A stretch of 64,000 nt of DNA from positions 1 to 64,000 of IMG/VR virus record IMGVR_UViG_3300020203_000008. One strand, given 5' to 3'. This stretch comes from a virus. The translations under genes were made by a program, and so were the position numbers. Of the stretch, positions 57,282 through 64,000 are shown one piece after another (position 1 is the first letter of the stretch; each line of letters begins with the position of its first letter). The notes under the pieces are model-generated. The model worked only from the letters and a program-made list of their open reading frames with translations. It was not told where the DNA came from and did no database searches.

Positions 57282-58243
57282 TGGATAAGATTCTTGTAGC
57301 AGGGGCGGGAGGGTTCATAGGTGGACATCTAGTTGCCAACCTTCTTTCTAAAGGCATAGAGGTCGTCGCTGTGGACGTAAAGGATTTTTCGAAGTGGTAT
57401 CAGAGATTCCCTGACGTTGATAATAGGATTCTTGATCTCTCCTTAATGGAGGCTTGTTATGAAGCAGTCAAAGGTGTAGATGTAATTTATAATCTAGCTG
57501 CCGATATGGGCGGAATGTTGTTCATTGAGACCCATAAGGCTGAGTGCATGCTTAGCGTATTAATTAATACCCATCTAGTGCAAGCAGCTAGTGATGCTAA
57601 TGCCAAGTTCTTCTATGCTTCATCAGCCTGTGTTTACGCTGCCGATAAGCAGACTGATACGGATGTCACGGCTCTGAAAGAAGAAGACGCCTATCCCGCT
57701 ATGGCCGAGGATGGCTATGGCTGGGAGAAGTTGTTCTCTGAACGTATGTGCAGGCATTTTCGTGAAGACTTCGGATTAGATACTCGCGTTGCAAGATTCC
57801 ATAATGTCTTCGGCCCCAATGGGACTTATGAAGGTGGCCGTGAGAAAGCTCCAGCCGCCATATGCCGGAAGATTATCGAGTGTAAGCTGTCCGGGAATCA
57901 TGAGATAGAGATTTGGGGAGACGGCAACCAGACCCGTAGCTTTATGTTCATTAGTGATTGCATTGAGGGCATTAATAGAATTATGGAAAGTCAGGTAGTT
58001 GATCCTATTAATCTTGGTTCTCATGAATTGGTTAGCATTAACCAACTAGTAGATATCGTTGAAGATATAGCGGAAATCAAGGTCAAGAGGAACTATGACT
58101 TGACTGCACCTCAGGGGGTTCGTGGTCGCAATAGCGACAACACGATGATCCTGCGCGAGTTGGGTTGGCAGCCGGAGATCTCCCTGCGGGAAGGCATGGA
58201 GAAGAACTACCGTTGGATTTATAATCAGATCGTGTCGAAGTAA
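57281..58243 (+). CDS. GDP-mannose 3,5-epimerase-like SDR enzyme
   Basis: GAGGFIG, LAADMGG, SSACVY, YGWEK, REKAPAA, GVRGRNSDN. Confidence 0.92.
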   Translation: MDKILVAGAGGFIGGHLVANLLSKGIEVVAVDVKDFSKWYQRFPDVDNRILDLSLMEACYEAVKGVDVIYNLAADMGGMLFIETHKAECMLSVLINTHLVQAASDANAKFFYASSACVYAADKQTDTDVTALKEEDAYPAMAEDGYGWEKLFSERMCRHFREDFGLDTRVARFHNVFGPNGTYEGGREKAPAAICRKIIECKLSGNHEIEIWGDGNQTRSFMFISDCIEGINRIMESQVVDPINLGSHELVSINQLVDIVEDIAEIKVKRNYDLTAPQGVRGRNSDNTMILRELGWQPEISLREGMEKNYRWIYNQIVSK

Positions 58244-58275
58244 CTTTTGTCCTCCTAAAAAATACGGAATGTGAT

Positions 58276-58920
58276 ATGTCCACTCAGAACGACATTGATC
58301 GTCTTAACAAAGAAGATGGCCTGGTTCCAGTACGTCTTCCTTCCGGTGGCTCCTTTTTCGTCCATGATCGTGAGCTGGGATATTTCAACGATCGACGTGA
58401 CCGGTACCTTAAAGACAACCACTTCGTTAATGTCTCGGACTTTCAGGATCTAGACCGTTTGATCATTGCTGAGATGCTTACTCAGCGATGGGGAATGTGG
58501 ATCTCTTCGAAGCGTGATTACTGGGGAGATCCGGTAGATGAGAACCAGTATCAGAAAGCTCTGAAGGAGCACTCGGCTGAGATCCGTCAGCTAAAGAAGG
58601 CTCTCGGTCTCGACAAAGAAACGCGAGACAAAGTAAAGGGTGAAGATTCGGTAGATGCCTACATCCGGTCTCTGCGTCAGCGAGCCAAAGAGTTCGGTGT
58701 CATGCGGAATCAGCAGGCTGCTAAGGCAATCGAGCTTATTAATGACGTGAAGGCTCGGGCTATTCTCTGGTCAAACTGCGATGAGCAGGAGAAAATCCAG
58801 CAGGGTTGTACCTCAGATCAGGTCATTCAATGGATCCTTGATGATGTGATCCCTGAATTCGATGAAATCGATACCAAGTTTAAGCAGGGAACGCAAACGT
58901 ACTGGGTTCGTGATCAGTGA
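58276..58920 (+). CDS. Helical phage protein, candidate terminase small subunit
   Basis: Position upstream of TerL; function inferred from synteny only. Confidence 0.45.
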   Translation: MSTQNDIDRLNKEDGLVPVRLPSGGSFFVHDRELGYFNDRRDRYLKDNHFVNVSDFQDLDRLIIAEMLTQRWGMWISSKRDYWGDPVDENQYQKALKEHSAEIRQLKKALGLDKETRDKVKGEDSVDAYIRSLRQRAKEFGVMRNQQAAKAIELINDVKARAILWSNCDEQEKIQQGCTSDQVIQWILDDVIPEFDEIDTKFKQGTQTYWVRDQ

Positions 58921-58926
58921 GCTTAT

Positions 58927-59487
58927 ATGGCTAATGATCCGCGTCTGAGTGTTTTCTTGAGTTTGAATGCCGAGGGCCGCAAGGTCCCCTGGCAGGAACG
59001 CGTCAAGCTGATTCATGATGTTTTCCCTTCTACCACACAGATGGACTGGCGGAAGGCATTCAATGACATAGATCTATTTGGTCGAATCCTTCGTGACATC
59101 CTGAAGGTAGATCAGACTTCGCCTGGTCGTAGTGGGCCTCGTCCAGTGCTTGACCGCAAGAAGGCAACAGAACGCCTTCGCCAATTCATGGGCGCTGACT
59201 TTTCGGATGCCATATTTGCTCAGGCATTCCGAGAGCTTTGTGGAGACAAGTCTGTCCGTGGTGTTGCAGCCAAAACTGGACTTGAGAAGACGATGGTCCA
59301 GAATCTGTTAACGGGAAAGCGACAGCCTGACGTTCAAATTATGGAACAGGTTGCGGAATCTTTTAAGAAGGATCCGTCTTACTTCTTTGAATATCGTGTT
59401 GCCTACGTGCTTGCAGCTCTAGGTGACAAAATGGCTGGTGCTCCAGAGATGACAGTGGATCTCTACAAAAGATTAAGGGGATCGTAA
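58927..59487 (+). CDS. XRE-like HTH protein
   Basis: SVRGVAAKTGLEKTMVQNLLTGKRQPD. Confidence 0.7.
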   Translation: MANDPRLSVFLSLNAEGRKVPWQERVKLIHDVFPSTTQMDWRKAFNDIDLFGRILRDILKVDQTSPGRSGPRPVLDRKKATERLRQFMGADFSDAIFAQAFRELCGDKSVRGVAAKTGLEKTMVQNLLTGKRQPDVQIMEQVAESFKKDPSYFFEYRVAYVLAALGDKMAGAPEMTVDLYKRLRGS

Positions 59488-62400
59488 TGGGCGTTATTGA
59501 GGATCTATCTGAGGAAGAAGCGTATCTTTGGGCCATTTTGCAGGATGAATCGGGTTTGGATGTGGCTGAGTTTACATGGCATGATCCTGAGCAAGATGAT
59601 GGTTGCTGGCGAGCTTGGGCTTTTCAGTGGTCATGGTTTAGGGATACCTCACCGCTACAGATAGATCAGTCGGCGAGATCAATTGGCAAGTCTTTGTCAA
59701 TTAAGCTTCGGGCTTTTGTTTTTCCCTTTATACACCCTGGACAGGAGATGGTTATTACGGCTCCAGAAGGAGTACATATTGATGCCATCACCGATATTAT
59801 TGAGACTCAACTCATCTCTACGCGCCTATCTTTAGAGATGTTGCGGGGTGGTCGGTTGTCTTTTAAACATAAACCTTTTCATGTGAACTTCCAAAATGGA
59901 TCTCGTATTATGGGAAGGATTCCTCAGCGGTCTGGAGTGGGAGTGAAGGGTGTCCACCCTATCTGGCTAGAGCTTGACGAAGCGTCCGATTATCCTTCAG
60001 ATGGCTGGACGGAATTGATGGAAACCCTAAAGCGGGGGCATAAGGGAGCTGTGTGGCGTTGTCATGGCGTTACAAGAGGTGTGAGAGATAAGCACTATTA
60101 CAGGTTTACTGCTGATCCTAATACGCAATGGCGAGTACATAGATATAGCAGTATGTGGCGTCCTACTTGGACTGATGAGGAACGTCAAGAAAAGATTATG
60201 CAATATGGGAGTAAGGATGATCCTGATTATAGAAGGAATATCTTAGGACTTCATGGCGATAGTGTTTCTCCGATTTTTGTTCTCTCTCGGCTAATGAACT
60301 GCGTCGATGACGATAAAGAGTCAGATTATAACGCAGACGAATATCAATTCTTTAAAATTAATGATTCGCTACTTGCTGAGCAGAATGTAGATATTATCCA
60401 GCTTCTGGACTTTCCGCCTTATCACTTAAGTAAGTACAATACCTTTTGGGTGGGGATGGATGTAGGTATGACTAACCATCCGTCCGAGATTTTGATTTTT
60501 GCGGAAGAATTGCTGAAGCCATCAAGTGAAGAATATAAGACTCTTAAACGTCTGGGTAAAGCGATTTCTATTGAGGGGAAACCTCGCCTCAAACTCGTAA
60601 CGAGAATCAATCTGACCCGTATTGCTACTCCTGATCAGGTGAGAGCAATGCTATGGGTCATTGACTTCTATAAGCCACGGGCGTTTTCTCTTGACAAGAT
60701 GCAGCCGGTGAGTGAACCCGTTCTGACTCCTTCGGGTTGGGTGCCAATTGGAAGTCTGTCCGAGGGTGATCTCGTTATTGGGTCGGACGGTGCAGCTACA
60801 AAGGTCGTAGGGGTATTCCCGCAGGATGATCGTCGTGTCGTTCGTGTGACTTTTTCTGATGGTTCTTCGACGCGGTGTGGGCCGGAGCATTTGTGGACTA
60901 TCAAGCTTCGTAAGCGTCGTTGTGTTGAATCAATGTCTGTAACGACGGGGCAGATGATGGAACTGGCCCGTCGTTATGGTTCTTCGAAGATTACGATTCC
61001 CTTATTGTCGGGTCCTGTGGAATACGAACAGGGGCCTGAATTACCAATCGATCCCTACGTGTTAGGTTGCTTGCTAGGTGACGGTAATCTGCGCCTCAAC
61101 GGCATCAGGTTTTCTAGTGTGGACGAGGAAATCTTAGATAATATGCGAAGCCGTCTTCCCGAGGGTTTTGAGGTGAAACATACAGATCGCTGTAACTATA
61201 TTGTGAAAGCAGATGGATGGAGGCATGAACGGAATTCTAAGGGACAGTTCTGCCATCGCAATCCAATCCTTGATGTCCTACGTGATCTTGGTTTGGCTGG
61301 TACTCATTCGTGGGATAAATTTATCCCTGAAGTATATTTGCGAGCTACACCCGATGAACGTCTTGAATTACTTCGCGGCCTGATGGACACGGACGGCTAT
61401 TGCAGTGTGCAAAATGATGGTTGCACTATTGCCATAAGGTTGTCATCAGAAACGATGATTCGTCAGATTGGTGAGTTGGTGCAATCATTGGGTGGTGTGA
61501 CTAGGTTTCGGGATTTCACTACATCTTGTAATGGTAAGGCTGGGCGGCACGGATATCAGGTTACGATGGGTCTTCCTGTGGGAGTCAATCCGTTTCGTTT
61601 GAGCAGAAAGCGAGATGCCGTTATTCCACGTAGGCGTGCAATTACTCGCCACTTGGAAGCCATTGATCCGCAACCAGATGAGCAGTCTGTTTGTATTCGG
61701 GTGGCGGCAGAAGACGAGTTGTATGTCACTCGCGACCATATCCTTACCCATAATACCGGAATTGGACTTCCTCTTTTCCAGGAGCTTCAAGATAAAAACC
61801 GTCAGGCTGGAACTGTTGTAAAGGGTTATGGTTTCTCCGAGAAGCGTCTTGTTGGGTTCGATGAATCGATTGAAGTCGAAGAGGGTATTAGTAATGATGA
61901 TCTGGCCAAAGAGGCTGGTATCATGCGTAATGTAGTTGAGTATGCTTGTGTAGATGAAGAAACTGAGTTGTTGACTAGGCGAGGATGGAAACATTATCAA
62001 GAAGTAATAGAAAACGAAGATATATACACTTTGGATTGGCATTCACAGAAAGGCGAATGGGTTCCTGTTGAGAAGATTCTTCAATATGAGGGTTCGCATC
62101 CAGTTCGCCATATACGTACTCGTTGTTTTGATGCCGTGACAACACTTAATCACCGATGGTGGACGGAACGTTATGATCCTTATTCCAAGAAGCGAATTCG
62201 AGAGTGGAGAACAACAGATACGCTGCGAGCCGCATCGTCTATTCCTTTGAGGGCAGAGCCGGGAAGTAATCCTATTGAGTCTATTTATAGTGATTCGCTT
62301 GTCGAACTAGTCGCTTGGTTCTGGACGGAAGGTCACTTCAGAAGAGGGCGTAAATCCTTCTGTGGTGCAGGGCTAGCTCAGTCTGAAGATGTCAATTCTG

Positions 62401-63191
62401 TTTATGTTAAGAGAATACGCGAATGTATCGAGGAAGTATTTGATAAAAAAGATTGGCGACAATCCTCAAGAAATGGGATGGTTGAATGGCATTTGTCTGC
62501 TGTTGCGGCACGATTTCTTAACCAATATGTAACGGCCTATGAAAAGATTGTTCGACCTGAGTTTATTGCTTCTCTTACTTTAGAACAACTCAATTTGTTT
62601 ATTGAAACTTCAATTGATGCTGATGGATGGCGTCAAGTTGATGGAGCTAAGCTGGGTCAGTCTTCTCTGGATCGTTTACGATCTTTTGAAATGGCGTGTG
62701 TATTAGCGGGTAGATCTATTCATACTTGGCAGCGATCCGATCTTACAGGATGGGTAACTACTCTGCTAGTTCGAGATAACGTTACCCCCATTTCGACTTG
62801 TAAGATTTCGAGAAATGTTGAAGTGAGAACCCTCGACTACAATTATTCTGGAATTGTTTGGTGCCCACGGTCTCGTAACAATACTTTTTTGGCTCGTCGG
62901 AATGGTTCCATCTATTACACGGGAAATACAGATAAGCTTCGATTGCTGGTGGATGAGAAGCGTCTCTGGTTACCATGGGACGAAGATCTTATTGCTGAAT
63001 ATCAAGGACAGACCTACAAGGTTGTTCGATCAGCTATGAATCAATATGGGAAGAAAGAGTTCAGTCAGGGTAAGTTCCACGCGTTAGATGCTTCTCGAAT
63101 GGCTATCTTGGGATGGGCTCAGTATCAGATTGAGGAGATGATGGGCGAGAAAAATAAGGTTGAACCGGTCCTAGAACGCTTCGGACTTTAA
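59487..63191 (+). CDS. terL: Terminase large subunit with two inteins
   Basis: ARSIGKS Walker A, LELDEA Walker B, VGMDVG, spliced DK/TGIG, and HALDA nuclease motifs. Confidence 0.88.
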   Translation: MGVIEDLSEEEAYLWAILQDESGLDVAEFTWHDPEQDDGCWRAWAFQWSWFRDTSPLQIDQSARSIGKSLSIKLRAFVFPFIHPGQEMVITAPEGVHIDAITDIIETQLISTRLSLEMLRGGRLSFKHKPFHVNFQNGSRIMGRIPQRSGVGVKGVHPIWLELDEASDYPSDGWTELMETLKRGHKGAVWRCHGVTRGVRDKHYYRFTADPNTQWRVHRYSSMWRPTWTDEERQEKIMQYGSKDDPDYRRNILGLHGDSVSPIFVLSRLMNCVDDDKESDYNADEYQFFKINDSLLAEQNVDIIQLLDFPPYHLSKYNTFWVGMDVGMTNHPSEILIFAEELLKPSSEEYKTLKRLGKAISIEGKPRLKLVTRINLTRIATPDQVRAMLWVIDFYKPRAFSLDKMQPVSEPVLTPSGWVPIGSLSEGDLVIGSDGAATKVVGVFPQDDRRVVRVTFSDGSSTRCGPEHLWTIKLRKRRCVESMSVTTGQMMELARRYGSSKITIPLLSGPVEYEQGPELPIDPYVLGCLLGDGNLRLNGIRFSSVDEEILDNMRSRLPEGFEVKHTDRCNYIVKADGWRHERNSKGQFCHRNPILDVLRDLGLAGTHSWDKFIPEVYLRATPDERLELLRGLMDTDGYCSVQNDGCTIAIRLSSETMIRQIGELVQSLGGVTRFRDFTTSCNGKAGRHGYQVTMGLPVGVNPFRLSRKRDAVIPRRRAITRHLEAIDPQPDEQSVCIRVAAEDELYVTRDHILTHNTGIGLPLFQELQDKNRQAGTVVKGYGFSEKRLVGFDESIEVEEGISNDDLAKEAGIMRNVVEYACVDEETELLTRRGWKHYQEVIENEDIYTLDWHSQKGEWVPVEKILQYEGSHPVRHIRTRCFDAVTTLNHRWWTERYDPYSKKRIREWRTTDTLRAASSIPLRAEPGSNPIESIYSDSLVELVAWFWTEGHFRRGRKSFCGAGLAQSEDVNSVYVKRIRECIEEVFDKKDWRQSSRNGMVEWHLSAVAARFLNQYVTAYEKIVRPEFIASLTLEQLNLFIETSIDADGWRQVDGAKLGQSSLDRLRSFEMACVLAGRSIHTWQRSDLTGWVTTLLVRDNVTPISTCKISRNVEVRTLDYNYSGIVWCPRSRNNTFLARRNGSIYYTGNTDKLRLLVDEKRLWLPWDEDLIAEYQGQTYKVVRSAMNQYGKKEFSQGKFHALDASRMAILGWAQYQIEEMMGEKNKVEPVLERFGL
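60699..61754 (+). mobile_element. Intein 1 (class 3-like, Met1, LAGLIDADG endonuclease)
   Basis: MQPVSEPVLTPSGW...PEHLW...LGCLLGDG...LRGLMDTDG...VCIRV...LTHN/T. Confidence 0.9.
61947..62927 (+). mobile_element. Intein 2 (Cys1, GN/T end, LAGLIDADG-like)
   Basis: CVDEETELLTRRGW...TTLNHR...WFWTEG...SIDADG...VWCP...YTGN/T. Confidence 0.9.
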
Positions 63192-63215
63192 CTAACCCTT
63201 AGGAAGGTCGATCAA

Positions 63216-63578
63216 GTGGAAGATGAAGTGTTTAAACTGGAATCACCTGGTAGAGAACCCATACGAATTACGAAGAACAGTTCTCTCTCCTCTGAACTTG
63301 ACGGATATCGCAAGGAGATCGACGGATATCGCAAGGAGATGTGTGAGCTTGGTGCCCGTGATCCTTCTGATGTCTTCCAGAGAATTGCTGGTTGGGCTGC
63401 ACGGGTCAGTGATATCAGGGCCACTGTTTATCGGGATGAGTCTCGTAGATCTACAGCGTTCAGAACCAGAGACATAGATCCATTTTTGGATCAGTGCGAT
63501 TTCCAGTTTAAGGTCTGGTCGAGAATTCAGGCTGTTAGAGAAATGGAGTACAAGTTGACCGGTGGAGGCCAGATTTAA
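63216..63578 (+). CDS. Hypothetical protein
   Basis: Lies between TerL and the probable portal; contains a 21-bp in-frame duplication (DGYRKE x2). Confidence 0.65.
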   Translation: MEDEVFKLESPGREPIRITKNSSLSSELDGYRKEIDGYRKEMCELGARDPSDVFQRIAGWAARVSDIRATVYRDESRRSTAFRTRDIDPFLDQCDFQFKVWSRIQAVREMEYKLTGGGQI

Positions 63579-64000
63579 TGTCAGAAGCTGAAGCGAATGT
63601 TGTGATAGCGGGAGATCCTGAACTAGGAACGATCGTACTGAATAATACCGAAATTTCGGATGATGCTATTAGGGAGTCACTTGTCCAGCAACATCCTGAA
63701 GTAGCTTCCATGATTCGTTGGGGGGCTTCTACTCAGCGTCGTCCAACTAGTGGCGGTCTCTTTGAGCGTGATCGTTATGTTACTCCCTCTTCGATTTATG
63801 ATCAGATGCGAGTAGCACAAGACGCACTTGAAAATGACGATGTGTGTTCTGGTGTTCTCGAATCTACTGAAGCTCTTGCCTTTAACAAGATGAGCGTTCA
63901 GTCTTTCGAAGAAGACGAAGAAGATATTTGGAATCAGATTGCAGCAGACCTAGATCTTGATTCACGAATGCGCGAGATGTGGAGAGAACTGTTTTCCGTT
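63578..64000 (+). CDS. Probable portal protein (5' part, runs off the window)
   Basis: TAATG-coupled, open to the window end (MSEAEANVV...DDVCSGVLESTEALAF...); function inferred from synteny. Confidence 0.55.
   Translation, partial: MSEAEANVVIAGDPELGTIVLNNTEISDDAIRESLVQQHPEVASMIRWGASTQRRPTSGGLFERDRYVTPSSIYDQMRVAQDALENDDVCSGVLESTEALAFNKMSVQSFEEDEEDIWNQIAADLDLDSRMREMWRELFSV

Noticed and set aside
63300-63340. Tandem duplications here and at 7076 and ~43597 as regulatory repeats
   Set aside because: They are two-copy in-frame duplications, best explained by slippage.
1-64000. Genome-wide TAG recoding (genetic code 15)
   Set aside because: Long genes have no internal TAG, and many genes end at TAG directly before the next gene; I saw only pth2 interrupted.

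Overview
This window is a 64 kb segment of a large tailed dsDNA phage genome. The host is probably actinobacterial (WhiB, BldD-like regulator and Rpf-like proteins); Acidimicrobiia is a tentative inference. It contains virion/tail-like genes, many small accessory ORFs and about 39 tRNA genes covering all 20 amino acids. It also carries a tmRNA, a GGQ release-factor-like protein, oligoribonuclease, LspA, a ferredoxin, a split-frame C5 methyltransferase, HU, lysis genes, a ~12 kb glycosyltransferase/methyltransferase cluster and a large terminase with two inteins, followed by a probable portal gene. The most striking element is absent from the ORF track: a compact operon at 7706-8379. It runs sigma70-type promoter, then a Pth2-type peptidyl-tRNA hydrolase gene with an in-frame UAG at codon 5, then three CCA-ended anticodon-less mini-tRNAs, then an amber (CUA) suppressor tRNA, then a terminal hairpin. 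The tRNA array also holds several unexplained structured RNAs, two of which share a motif reminiscent of Ms1, and five ORFs whose stop codons lie inside the downstream tRNA. All calls were made by eye; no searches were run.
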